From contig CAWFGE010000023.1 of the NCBI GenBank assembly GCA_963815195.1, positions 576,001-640,000 on the forward strand: a stretch of DNA of 64,000 nt, written 5' to 3'. The position numbers and the translations under genes were made by a program. Numbering within the stretch: the stretch's first letter is position 1; the number at the start of each line of letters is the position of its first letter. Under the pieces are notes generated by a model that was given only the letters and a program-made list of their open reading frames with translations, did no database searches and had not been told where the DNA came from. Shown piece by piece: positions 10,580-21,159 of the stretch. This DNA comes from an uncultured Planctomycetaceae bacterium. Lineage in GTDB: Bacteria; Planctomycetota; Planctomycetia; Planctomycetales; Planctomycetaceae.

Positions 10580-12466
10580 TCAAACTTTGACCGACTTTAA
10601 CGACGTCGCCGCCTGACGGAAGAAATCTTCGAGCGACGTGAGGCTCGGTTCCTCGAGGTCTTTGATGGTCAGAACCAGGACGGCGCGGCCTCTGCCGGCG
10701 AGCGCCAGTCGCGTGGCGACGAACTGCGCGAGGTGATGCTGCGCCGTGTAGTCGACCCTGGCAAGCCGCTCCTGCTTCTCGGAAAGTATCAAAGTCGAAA
10801 GGCTCCGGCCCGCGTCGGCAACGGTCTTTTGATCGGAGTGATCCGTGGCCGGCCCCTCATACACATCAGCCGGCATCTTCAATCTCGACCGGTACAGCCG
10901 TTCAGCGGAGCGATGGAGCGCCTTCAACAAGCTGCGTCCCCGTTGGGAATACCGCGTGTCTCCAAAGAAGGCCAGTTCCGCGTAGTCGATATGCTCCCCG
11001 GCGACCAGTGTCTTGACTATGGTTGCGTATGTGGCCGGTGCGTCGAGGACGCCGGTGTCAAGATCGATATCCACGGTGTCGTAGTAAAGGGTCACGCAAT
11101 TGCGGTGCTTCACCCGCCGGGGCGAAGTGACCATGGCGCGCCACTCCTCGGATTTTTCGACGCCGCCGATTTTCCGCGACCGTTGGTACAAGCGGTGACC
11201 GATCGATCCGCGCGACCCGGCATTCGCCGGGGCGACGAACTTCAGGTCGCGCAAGTAAGCCATTCCGAACACGGTGTAGTGAATAAATTGCATGAAGGCC
11301 GATAGCGGCGTGCCCACCGGCAGAGTCAGCGACGCCACCGGGTATCCGGAGCGGCGCAACAAACCGGTCTTGTCAGGTCCGTCGCTTGGAATACCGCGTA
11401 GCTTCAGGGCCAGGAAGGCGCGGTCCTGAACTGCCTCCTTCGGCGATTTGTAGTTGGCGAGTGTGATCTTGTTCTCCAGGACGATCTTCAGGCGAAACAA
11501 TTCGCTTTGGCACAGGCATTCCTCGAAATTCTGCTTCGTCCAGGCGCCGATTCCAGACCAGACCTTCGGCAGAACGAGGGTGATTTTGTTATGTCCGGCG
11601 AGGGCCTGAGCATGAAGAAACGCCGCCAGGCGCCAAGCGGAGTCTACCTGCTCATTCCGGAGCGCCGTGCCGTCCATCCATTGGGTGAGATCAACCTTTG
11701 ATAATCCGAGCGGATAAAGGCTTCCGCGGCTCAGCGGTCCGCCGTGTCTCCCGGCGAGCGAATTCCCATCGTCTAGCTGGAGTGGCACGATCCGGTAATC
11801 ACGCTTGACAGCCCACTTCTCCAGCGCCGACTCCGGCGGGGCCAGGCACATGACATTGGCTTGTTCCTTGACCTTGCACTTGTCATAGAGCGCCGCCAGT
11901 TTCCGCAGGTTGATCACCGGCTCCCACGATGTCATGCCCATCGCCATCCCCACGACCAGCGTGCATCGAAGCGCATCGGCCAAGCGCATCCCGGAGCGGC
12001 GCACGATATCCTCGAGAATGTACTTGAGTTTCGCTGGATCCGTCGAATCCAACACGTAACAGCGGGGGCTCCGGTTCAACAGGCCGACCGCGTTGTACAT
12101 CGCTATGTCCTCAGCCGAACCTCCCGCTCCGGCCCAAATCAGGAACCGAAGCCGGCATCCGTGCGTGTCCTTGATTCGAGCCCGAATCTCATTCAATTCC
12201 GCCGCGATCGTTCCCGGCCATTCCGGATGGTCAGGCGCCTGCCAGCCCAGGTTGAAGACGCCAAGCCCGCTTCTGACAACCTTCCCGCCCACGTCCAATT
12301 CCATTCCTATAGGGATTAGCCTGTCCATTTGCGGGTCCAGCGTTTCCGGGCCCTTGAGACGCGCCAGTCTGTCGATCGCCTTGAGGCGCGTCAAAACATG
12401 TTCCTTCTGAAATGTCGAATAATAGGATTCAGAGGCCGGATTATCGTGGAACAACGATAAGATCAC
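10580..12466 (-). CDS. divergent glucose-6-phosphate isomerase-like (SIS fold) protein
   Basis: LGW, GAGGS, LDSTDP, AGRHG, WTKQNFEE, EGPATDHS occur in PGI motif order; some catalytic motifs are degenerate. Confidence 0.6.
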   Translation of the reverse strand: MILSLFHDNPASESYYSTFQKEHVLTRLKAIDRLARLKGPETLDPQMDRLIPIGMELDVGGKVVRSGLGVFNLGWQAPDHPEWPGTIAAELNEIRARIKDTHGCRLRFLIWAGAGGSAEDIAMYNAVGLLNRSPRCYVLDSTDPAKLKYILEDIVRRSGMRLADALRCTLVVGMAMGMTSWEPVINLRKLAALYDKCKVKEQANVMCLAPPESALEKWAVKRDYRIVPLQLDDGNSLAGRHGGPLSRGSLYPLGLSKVDLTQWMDGTALRNEQVDSAWRLAAFLHAQALAGHNKITLVLPKVWSGIGAWTKQNFEECLCQSELFRLKIVLENKITLANYKSPKEAVQDRAFLALKLRGIPSDGPDKTGLLRRSGYPVASLTLPVGTPLSAFMQFIHYTVFGMAYLRDLKFVAPANAGSRGSIGHRLYQRSRKIGGVEKSEEWRAMVTSPRRVKHRNCVTLYYDTVDIDLDTGVLDAPATYATIVKTLVAGEHIDYAELAFFGDTRYSQRGRSLLKALHRSAERLYRSRLKMPADVYEGPATDHSDQKTVADAGRSLSTLILSEKQERLARVDYTAQHHLAQFVATRLALAGRGRAVLVLTIKDLEEPSLTSLEDFFRQAATSLKSVKV

Positions 12467-12584
12467 TCCCTCGTTTTATCATAGGAAGGCAAAACATGCC
12501 GGGAATTTTGTGCGCGCTCCCCGCCATCGCCGACCAGATGCCAGCGCGCCTGCCTTCTTCGTAGAATGAGATTGTAGGCGTTTT

Positions 12585-14723
12585 ATGGCCCTCGCGGGAT
12601 CCAGTAGCGGCGTCCGGAGTAGTTCGGAGCCGGTCGATACCTTCTTCCAGTTTTCTCTGCTCGGGCTGGTCGCCAGCGGGTACTTCGCCGTCGCCGGTTC
12701 CGGGTACCTGGATCTATTGACGACGGTTGCGGCCGGTACGGCGATCCTCGTAAAGACGCTGCTGGTGGTGACGGGCCGCAGCGTTCCTCTTGACGAACGC
12801 TGGGTCACTGCTCTGACAATCGCCTATATCGGATTCTACCCGGTGGACTACCTGTTCCTCTCCAAGGAGTTTCTCCCGGCCACGGTTCATCTGGTTCTCT
12901 TCCTGGCGGTGGTGAAGATTCTCACCGCCAGGACCGGGAGGGATCACCTCTATGTTGTAGTCGTGGCGTTCCTGGAGATTCTGGCCGCTTCCCTGTTGTC
13001 CTCCCGGCTGAACTACTTCTTCTTCCTGGCCCTTTTTCTTCTGTTTGCCGTTTCGACGTTCGCAAGCTGGGAGATTCGCCGGGGCTGCCGCGACCAGCGT
13101 GTCGTGGCCGGCAAGAAAGCCGGAACGCTGTCCTGGCGGCTCGCCGGGCTGACCGTTGTCATCTCTTTTGGCGTGCTGCTATTCACGGCCGGTCTCTTTT
13201 TCATCCTGCCCCGGACTGCGCGCGCGGCCTTTGAACACCTGGCGCCGGAACGCTTTCACATCAGCGCCTTCTCGAACGATGTGACGCTCGGCGCGATCGG
13301 GGAGGTGAAGCAGCAGTCCACCGTGCTGATGCACGTACGGATTCCCAATGCCAACGGCTTGCTGCAACTGAAGTGGCGAGGAAACGCGCTGGCGGAGTTC
13401 GATGGGAAACGTTGGTTCAACTCGAATGACCGAGGAAAGCCCCTGCGGGTTCAGAGCAGACAGCTTCGCCTGGCCGACGACGATCAGCGCCGCCGGACCG
13501 GCCGCCGTCTGAACTATGAGGTGCAACTGAAGTCGTTTGCCTCGGATTCGCTCTTCATCGCCGGACAACCGGAGTTCATTCGAATCGACTCGCCATTGGT
13601 AATCCGCACGGACGAAGACAGTTTTCGCGTCGGCTTCCGGTCCACGCGCGTTCTCCGCTACGGTGTGCTTTCGTATCTGGATGAAGCCGCTCCCAAGGCC
13701 GGTTCTCAAGCGCCCGAACTCCCGGCCGGCGCCCGGCGGCGGTACCTGCAACTTCCCGATCTCGACGCCCGCATCGAGTCTCTGGCCCGGCGCCTGACCC
13801 GCGGTATTCCCGGAGAGTTCGAGCGGGCCCGCGAGATCCAGCTCTATTTACAGGGACAGTATTCCTACAGCCTGACGCTACCCGAGGTCGAAGCCGCCGA
13901 TCCGATCGCCCATTTTCTGTTCGAGCGCCGCCGCGGGCACTGCGAGTATTTCGCTTCCGCGATGGCGGTGATGCTACGCAGTATTGGGACGCCAGCCCGG
14001 GTCGCGACTGGGTTTCAGAGCGGCACGTTCAATCCGATCAGCGGCTGGCACGTGATCCGCGCCTCTGACGCTCACAGTTGGGTGGAAGCGTGGCTGCCCT
14101 CGCGCGGTTGGACCACCTTTGATCCCACCCCACCAGATCCTTCCCTGGCACGGATGAGCCTTTGGTCCCGTGCCGGTTTGCTCTTCGACGCCGCGGACAC
14201 GTTCTGGCAGGAGTGGGTGCTGAGTTACGATCTGGCCCGCCAACTGACTTTGGCTACACGCATGGAGAAATCCCGCCAGCGAATGTCGTTTGGCTGGCTC
14301 GGCGGAGCGTCCGGTGCCTGGCGTGAGCTGCGGGCCAACGTGCTGGCCAGTCTCAAGACGTACGCTCCCGGTTTGGTTGCCGGGATCCTGAGCGTGATTT
14401 TGCTTGGCTTTGCGTTCCCAAGATTTTGGTTTTGGTGGAATGGCCGGGAGCAGTCCCGGCGGCTCCAGCGAGGAGAGGTCCGCTCCAGCGATGCGACCGT
14501 TATGTACGGAAGGGCGCTGGAGATATTGAAGAGGCGCGGGTTTGACAAGCCGGCCTGGATCACTCCAATGGAGTTTGCCGGGCAGATGTCCGGTGCGAAT
14601 CTCGCCGGCGTGATCGCCCGCCTGACCACCGCCTACAACGACCTGCGATTCGGAGGCCGAACCGAAGCCGCTCCCCGGATGATGGCTTTGCTCGGTGAGC
14701 TGGAACGGAAGTTGAAAGCCTGA
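12585..14723 (+). CDS. DUF3488/transglutaminase-like membrane protein (TgpA-like)
   Basis: multi-TM N-terminus, FFILPR, KWRG, catalytic GHCEYFASAM, AHSWVE, WTTFDPT, C-terminal TP.EFA and YNDLRFG. Confidence 0.88.
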   Translation: MALAGSSSGVRSSSEPVDTFFQFSLLGLVASGYFAVAGSGYLDLLTTVAAGTAILVKTLLVVTGRSVPLDERWVTALTIAYIGFYPVDYLFLSKEFLPATVHLVLFLAVVKILTARTGRDHLYVVVVAFLEILAASLLSSRLNYFFFLALFLLFAVSTFASWEIRRGCRDQRVVAGKKAGTLSWRLAGLTVVISFGVLLFTAGLFFILPRTARAAFEHLAPERFHISAFSNDVTLGAIGEVKQQSTVLMHVRIPNANGLLQLKWRGNALAEFDGKRWFNSNDRGKPLRVQSRQLRLADDDQRRRTGRRLNYEVQLKSFASDSLFIAGQPEFIRIDSPLVIRTDEDSFRVGFRSTRVLRYGVLSYLDEAAPKAGSQAPELPAGARRRYLQLPDLDARIESLARRLTRGIPGEFERAREIQLYLQGQYSYSLTLPEVEAADPIAHFLFERRRGHCEYFASAMAVMLRSIGTPARVATGFQSGTFNPISGWHVIRASDAHSWVEAWLPSRGWTTFDPTPPDPSLARMSLWSRAGLLFDAADTFWQEWVLSYDLARQLTLATRMEKSRQRMSFGWLGGASGAWRELRANVLASLKTYAPGLVAGILSVILLGFAFPRFWFWWNGREQSRRLQRGEVRSSDATVMYGRALEILKRRGFDKPAWITPMEFAGQMSGANLAGVIARLTTAYNDLRFGGRTEAAPRMMALLGELERKLKA

Positions 14724-14725
14724 AC

Positions 14726-14766
14726 CGTCCGGAAATACTCAGTCATCGGTACTGAGTCCGGCACGG
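14726..14766. terminator. hairpin between convergent genes
   Basis: CCGG..ACTCAGT-catcggt-ACTGAGT-CCGG imperfect inverted repeat just after the stop at 14723. Confidence 0.4.
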
Positions 14767-14850
14767 CTCCCTCCCAGACCGGATTGATCTTCAACGAATA
14801 CGGGAATAAGCGCTTTGGGATACAGCCTGCCCTGGGCTTGTGAGTAGCGC

Positions 14851-17186
14851 CTACTGGTAGAGATACGGGGCGATGTGTCTCACCTCTTTCATCGAGGCGG
14901 CCTCTTCCAGCTTATTGATTGGCAGCCAGCCGATCAGAACCTTGGCGATTTTCGGCTCCACGATCACCTTGAAGCCGAGGCTCTTCAAACGGGCGAGTAA
15001 GCCGAGGGTTGGTTCCGCGAGCCAGATCTCGACTGCCACCTTTCCGCTCAAAACCTTGACGCCGGTTTGCGGGTGTCCCACTGCGAGTTGGGCGAGTCTG
15101 GGGTCGAGTTTCCGCGCTGAGGATTCACTCTGGCGTATTGGTTCTTCAAGCTGGGCCGGCATCGCGGCGTCCTTCACCATACTTCGTTGCGGGAATGCCC
15201 CGGCGGCAATGCTCATTTTCCCCACTGCAGCCCGGCTAAGCGCTTCATCCCTCTCGCCGAAGACGCCTTCGTAGTTGACCCCTTCTGGCATTTCGACTGG
15301 CACCTCGATCCGGCGCGGCCGGCCGCCTTCGGTCACGATAGTCTCCTCAACCGCCACGAACGAGGTGAACTGCGTCATCAGGCGGAACTCCAGACCAAGT
15401 CTGGTTATGGACTCGCGGACATCGGGCGATGGGTTTCCGTTTTGGACGCCGTTCCAATCCTTCGCCATCAGGTCTGCCGATCTTCCGCCGCGCCCATAGC
15501 GTGGCCAGGACGTCGTGACCGGATTCGTCCGCCGGGAGGTCCACCGGGATAGTTCGCACAATGCCTTGCCCCGACATCTTGCCGCGCAAACGGATCGCGC
15601 CGCGGGCCGGTCCGCTGTAGCGTCCGGAGACGACTACTGGCTTGGCGGTGAAAAGATCCGGCACTTTCGCGGGGTAAATATCGCTGACGGGCAGCCCGCC
15701 CCAGTCGATCTCGACATCGGTAAGCAGAGGGTTCCGGATGCGCTCATGGAAGCGCCGGGCCGCCGCCGAGCCGTCGTCGTTCAATGCGACGTACTCGACT
15801 TCGCCGCGGCTCGTCTCAGCCATCTTATCGAGCAGGAACCGGTTAACCGAACTGCCGACGCCGAAAGAGAAGACCCTGGCGTTGGAGTGGTTCCGGATCT
15901 CGCCGAGAATCTCCATGTCGTTGCCCACGTAGCCGTCTGTCATAAAGCAGACGATTCGGATGTGGTCCTGCTGGTCCGAGGGCTCGAGCGACATGCGAAT
16001 GGCCTTCATCATCTCGGTGCCGCCGCCACCGCTTCGGCGATCTTAGAAACTCCTGCGCTGCCAGAATATTCGCATCGCTCGCTGGAACCGGTTCCGGGAA
16101 GAGCACGTGCGTGTCTCCGGCGAACGTGATCAGATTGAAGGTATCCCGCGGATACATTCCATTGAGCGCCAAGCCGATCACCTCTTTCGCTTTCTCAATG
16201 GGGAAGCCGGACATCGAGCCGGAGGTGTCCAGCACGAAGACCAGTTCCTTCGGAGTGACGTCCTCGACGGTTACTCGCTCCGGTGGTTGGAGAATCAACG
16301 TGAAGAAGCCGCCGCGAGCGTCATGGTGCGCCAGAACGGCGTCCTCCACCTTCGGGCCGGCGACGTCGTAGGTCAGAATGAAGTCTTTGTTGGGAATCGT
16401 GGCGTTCTGCCGGAGCCGGATCGCGGCGCCGCTGGTTCCACTGCGTTCCACGTCGACATCGTGGGTCTTCGACTCGATGCTATCGACCGGGACGCCCGCA
16501 TCGAGCTTCACCTGAATTGAGATATCGTGACCGGCGCGCATGCCCGGTTTCATGATCGGCGGCGTGATCGTCGAAGCATCCGGGACGGCTCCTCTCGGGT
16601 TGTAGCGCGGTCCAACCACCATCGGGAAGGAAAATTCGTAGCGTCCCTCTTCGTACTTCAGGGTCCCCACGTAGCTGATCGTGATCTCGACTGTTTCGCC
16701 TGGCGGGATGTTAGCCACAGACTGTGTAAAGATGTTCGGGCGCTCCTGATCGAGCAGAGACGCCAGGTGTCCCGCGGCTTTTGCCGCTTCGTAGATCGCC
16801 CGTGCCTCCTCGCGCCGCTTTATCTTGCCTTTGACGGTCCGGTCTCCGATCTTCATCGTCATGTCGTCGACCGCCGCCTGCTGGGGCAAGGGGAAAACGT
16901 ACACGGCTTCGATAGCTTCAGCAAATGTGTTTTCAAACTGCTGGACCACCGTCACTCGGGCCAGGAACCCACTGACTTCGGCATTCATGTCCGTGTGCCG
17001 CAGGGGGCAACTTGCGCCGGGCCTGCCTTCCTTGTCCAGACTCATCAACGCGCCCTGCGATACGCCGCCCGCGTTCGCGGCATAGGCCACGGTTGCCGGG
17101 CCATCAACGAAAGAACAAATCAAGGCGGCCACCGCTGCGAATGCGAACAGAGCTCTTCCGCGGCGTTTTTCAGTCTCACTTTTCAT
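14851..17186 (-). CDS. secreted VIT plus vWA domain protein; 2 frameshifts
   Basis: VIT motifs EAVYVFPLP, ASLLDQERPNIFTQSVANI, FPMVVGPRY; MIDAS DTSGSM, TDGYVGN; TQFTSFVAVEE; joins near 16040 and 15480; GGAGG SD. Confidence 0.88.
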
Positions 17187-17343
17187 TTCGGTATCCTCCC
17201 CAGCCGGCGTTGCTACGCGCGGCCAATGAATATTCATTCACTGAGGAAATGCCGTGATGAAGGGGATCCTTTCAACCGGGACTTTTCGGACCACGCAAGG
17301 AGACAATTGATGGTGCGGAGGGTGGGGCAAGATATACAATACA

Positions 17344-17375
17344 CGCAGGCGCGTCGTGTCGGCGACGCGCCTGCG
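17344..17375 (-). terminator. perfect 13-bp stem hairpin, probable terminator
   Basis: CGCAGGCGCGTCG-tgtcgg-CGACGCGCCTGCG, 20 nt past the stop at 17397 and followed by a T-rich stretch on the minus strand. Confidence 0.55.
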
Positions 17376-17396
17376 CATATGTTCGCGCGCGAATGT

Positions 17397-18026
17397 CTAC
17401 CCGCTAGCGTTCACCCGCACGCTGATTCCGCCGTTCTCAGGCGAAAACTCATCCAGCGCTGTCGACCCGGTCATCTCGGCGTGGATCGCCGAAAACTTCC
17501 AGCCCGAAGCGTGCAAAGCAATGACTGTTTCCGGCCGTACGGCGTAATGGCCGGAGATGAATCTCAAGTTCACGAGGTTGATGATGTCCTCGTCGGAGCT
17601 GGTTCGAGCGTCCCAGGTTTCAGGGATGTGCGATTCCCAGTTCGCGCCAGGCCCATCGGCCGGAGTTTCAATCGGCACGTGGAACGATTCCGGGCACAAG
17701 CTGAATACAGATATGATGTCGTGCCAGGATCGTCCAGAACGTCTGAGCGCTGCTACTTCGCAGGAACCGACTCCTGTATGCCGTGACACGTGCAGCACCA
17801 CCGGAATTTCGTCCCAGGGGATGCCGGATGCACGGATCCCTTCCAGCTCACTGCGCGAAGCCTGAAAATACTCACCCGTAGCGAGGAACAAATTACATTT
17901 TTCCTCCTCGTCGAATTCGGCGCCGAAACCCGAAGCGGCACGCCGCAACAGTAACGCCAAAAAGGGGAGTTCCGTACTCCGAGGACCCTGTTTCTGGAAA
18001 CGTGGAGCTTTATGTTGCGGCGTCAT
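17397..18026 (-). CDS. hypothetical protein (uncharacterised family); start uncertain
   Basis: open frame with EIPVVLHVS...LRRSGRSWHDI and DEDIINLVNLRFISGHY...VIALHASGWKF, an internally repeated helical motif. Confidence 0.5.
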   Translation of the reverse strand: MTPQHKAPRFQKQGPRSTELPFLALLLRRAASGFGAEFDEEEKCNLFLATGEYFQASRSELEGIRASGIPWDEIPVVLHVSRHTGVGSCEVAALRRSGRSWHDIISVFSLCPESFHVPIETPADGPGANWESHIPETWDARTSSDEDIINLVNLRFISGHYAVRPETVIALHASGWKFSAIHAEMTGSTALDEFSPENGGISVRVNASG

Positions 18027-18172
18027 GTGTCCCCACACAAAGGGATTCTTGAGTGCTCTTATTCCCGAGGGTAACCTCACGCTGCCTTGGTAATAACTGG
18101 GGGCGACCCCTGTATGGCGAGGAGTAATCCCTAGGCTGGAACACTTATGAAGACGGAGCGTATGAGCAAGGA

Positions 18173-19297
18173 CTATCGATAGCGGATTGCAATGTCCGCC
18201 GATACTTGGGCGGCGGACTCATCAAGCTGGCCGTTCGCGCCTGCCTGGGATAGAGAGAGAGGTTGCGTCGAGAACAGCGCTTTCAGCCTGCGCTCTCCGC
18301 CCTTTGCCGGCGGCGGCAAGGGAACCACGGACCATTGGCCGCGAACCGCCGGTCCGCTGTAAATCAGACGCCATGGACCCGCGGGCGTCTGTTCCGCCAC
18401 GTAGAGTTGTCCGTCCCGCGGGCTGCGGAGGCGGAGGCGTACGGCATCCGCCAACCCAACCGGGTCTTCCGGGTCCAGAGCAACGAAGGAGCCATCTCGA
18501 GACCGGATCTCCACGGAATAGGGCAGCGCTTCGCCCGCGCCCCGTCCCCGGGCCGCCGGGCGCGAGAAAGCGGGCGCTCCTGGCACTGCACCGAACGCGC
18601 CGGTCTGGGGTGAACGCATAGGCTCAGCTTGTGTTCGCGGCTCCGCCCCGGCCATTTTCATGCGGCTGGGCTCAGGTTGGGCGAGGTCCGCTTCTGCATC
18701 TCTCGTGGCCATCTCGCGCTCCGGTTTATCCACCTGGACGTTCACGTCCCGATGCGCGAGAGCGGGCGGTTCCGGGATGCCGTCTATCATTGGCGGCGGC
18801 GCGAGGATCTCCGCCGGTGGGGCCGCCAGCCCCGACGCTTCCGCCGGCTCTTGCTCCTTTGGCGTTTCTGGCGCCGTTCGCGATTCCAATTTTGCGGCCG
18901 GAGCTTCGGCGCGCTCTTCCTGCATTCCTTCCGGCTCGGGCGCGGATTGTCTCATCGCCACCACTTCGACGGCTGGCGGCGGGCCTTCGCGCTGATAGAG
19001 AATGACAAACGCCAGCGCCACCGCCGCGACACCGCCGGTCAAGACGAGAGGCAGCGGCCGCCGCCACCAGGCCGCTACTTTCTCGCCCAACGGCCTCGTT
19101 TGATCGGCTAATCCGGCCGCCAAGTCCCGGCGATAGCGGGGATCGGCCAGCAGTTCGCGCAACGCCTCTTCATCGGCCAGGGCGTCGAAGATCTCCTGAT
19201 TCTCCAGGGCAGCTGAAAAGAGCGCCTTCCGCTCCTCTTCGGTAAGCGAACCGGTGGCGTATCCTCCAAGCAGCATCCGGATTTCCTCCGGTTTCAT
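18173..19297 (-). CDS. putative anti-sigma factor (cytoplasmic N-domain, TM, Pro/Ala/Glu linker, DUF4384-like beta domain)
   Basis: LLGGYATGSLTEEER N-terminus, TM LPLVLTGGVAAVALAFVIL, VRLRLRSPRDGQLYV; ATGA overlap with the ECF stop. Confidence 0.65.
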   Translation of the reverse strand: MKPEEIRMLLGGYATGSLTEEERKALFSAALENQEIFDALADEEALRELLADPRYRRDLAAGLADQTRPLGEKVAAWWRRPLPLVLTGGVAAVALAFVILYQREGPPPAVEVVAMRQSAPEPEGMQEERAEAPAAKLESRTAPETPKEQEPAEASGLAAPPAEILAPPPMIDGIPEPPALAHRDVNVQVDKPEREMATRDAEADLAQPEPSRMKMAGAEPRTQAEPMRSPQTGAFGAVPGAPAFSRPAARGRGAGEALPYSVEIRSRDGSFVALDPEDPVGLADAVRLRLRSPRDGQLYVAEQTPAGPWRLIYSGPAVRGQWSVVPLPPPAKGGERRLKALFSTQPLSLSQAGANGQLDESAAQVSADIAIRYR

Positions 19298-19812
19298 CGG
19301 TTCACCTCCCATCCGCCGCCCATCAAATCGAGCAGCCGCTTCCGGCAGCGAAAATCCCAGGTGTACACCGTGTTGAGGGAGCCCGCTCCCAGTATGTTCT
19401 GGATTTCCGGAAACGTCCGCCCTTCGAGTTTCAGCCGGAACATCTCACGGCACCGCCCGTCCAGCTTCGAGAGAGCCGCCCGAAGACGTTCCCGCGCCTG
19501 ATTCCGTTCCGCCGCCGCTTCCGGATCCTCGCCCGGGTCCGGGAGGGGCAAGTCCTCGACCGCGACCTGCCTGCCCTCGCCACGACGCGCCGCCTTCCGA
19601 CGCAGACTCATCAACTTGAACCGCACGATCTGAAAGCTCAACGGCAGCAGTTCGTCAAGACTCTCGACCTGGGAGTACTTCTCCTCCAGCACGATCAGCA
19701 CCTCTTGTGCCAGATCCTCAGCCACGTCCCTCTGTGTACGAGATGCCGCAAAAGCGACAATCCTTTCACGCAACTTCCCGAGAATCCAATTCCGGTCCGG
19801 CAACTCCCCCAT
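19294..19812 (-). CDS. ECF-type RNA polymerase sigma factor
   Basis: AEDLAQEV region 2, LRAALSKLDGRCREMFRLKLEGRTFPEIQ region 4; about 172 aa. Confidence 0.85.
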   Translation of the reverse strand: MGELPDRNWILGKLRERIVAFAASRTQRDVAEDLAQEVLIVLEEKYSQVESLDELLPLSFQIVRFKLMSLRRKAARRGEGRQVAVEDLPLPDPGEDPEAAAERNQARERLRAALSKLDGRCREMFRLKLEGRTFPEIQNILGAGSLNTVYTWDFRCRKRLLDLMGGGWEVNR

Positions 19813-19843
19813 TCTGAATCCTGAATCTTCCTGACTCCTCCTC

Positions 19844-21159
19844 CTACCAGGCCGCCACCGACCCATCCTCATGGAAAACCTGCCCCATCGGTTTCGTCCC
19901 TTCAAAAGGATACTTTTTAAAGGCGCCCTCGGACAGTTCGAATCCAAGTCCTGGCTTGTCCGGTAACGGGAATCGGCCATTCACCATCCGCATCGCGGGG
20001 AATCCGAGCCACTCCTCCCAGATCTTCTCCTTGTTTGTTGGTTCGACGCCGCTGCAGATTTCCTGGACCAGGAAGTTCGGCATCGCGGAATCGACGTGCA
20101 CCGTCGCCAGGCTTCCGATCGGGCCTTCACAAGCGTGCGGCGCCATCATGATGCCGGAGAAATCCGCCATCGCGGCGACCTTCCATAGCGCCGTGATCCC
20201 GCCCACGTGATTGATATCGGTTTGGAGAATGTCGACGACGCCCATGTCGATGAGCTGCTGGCACCCGTAATGCGCTACCATCCGCTCGCCGGTCGCTATC
20301 GGCGTGGTAGAGCGTTTCGAGATCCGTGCCATCGCCTTGAATGTTTTCCGGCGGGCACGGTTCCTCGACGAACATCAAATTCAATGGCTCGACTTCCCGG
20401 ACGATGATCGCCGCCACGCTGGGGCTTGTCTTCGCGTGGAAGTCGACCCCGATGTCGATGTCCGGTCCGAGGCCCTCCCGCATTCTCTCGATACCCTTCA
20501 CGGCGTTCGTGATTTTCGCGTCGGTCTCTATCCACTCGTATTGACCCGGGATGCCGGTCTTCACCGCCGTTACACCGAGTTCGTCCGCCTGCTCCCGCAA
20601 ATCGCCGCAGCTGCTCCATCGTTCCAGCGCGGGCATGGTAGTAGCCGCGGACGCCGCGCTGGTCGAAGGGTCCGCCGAGCATCTTATAGACCGGCATCCC
20701 GAGGATCTTGCCGCGAAGGTCCCACAGCGCCTGATCGATACCCGCGATCGCCGATCCCATCACCGGCCCGGCCCGATAGAAGCTGTGAATATACATCGAT
20801 TGCCAGATATGTTCGACCTGCACGGGGTCGGCGCCGATCAATAACTCGCGAAAATCCTGAATACATTCGATCACCGCGCCCGCTTTCCCTTCGAGTGTCG
20901 CCTCCCCCCAACCGATCAAGCCTTCGTTCGTCTCAAGCTTCACAAAGACGTAGGGCCGGTCCGATCCTTTTTCCAGGTCACGCCGAAGGACTTGACGTTG
21001 CTGAGGCGCACCTTGGATCCGAGCCCGTCGAATGCGCCCGCGCCAACCGGGGCGCGCCGTCTGAGGCGCGAACGCACAGCCGCAAAAATCGCCGGTCGCG
21101 GCGGCCCGACCCGTGACTGCCGCTCCCGCAATGCCGTTAAAGAAGTCCCGCCGTCTCAT
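19844..21159 (-). CDS. galactonate dehydratase-like enolase-superfamily enzyme with TAT signal; several frameshifts
   Basis: [63 protein letters not shown]. Confidence 0.85.

Noticed and set aside
19811..19840. Short ATTCAG(G/A) heptamer-like repeats before the ECF gene
   Set aside because: Only 2-3 degenerate units; too weak to call.
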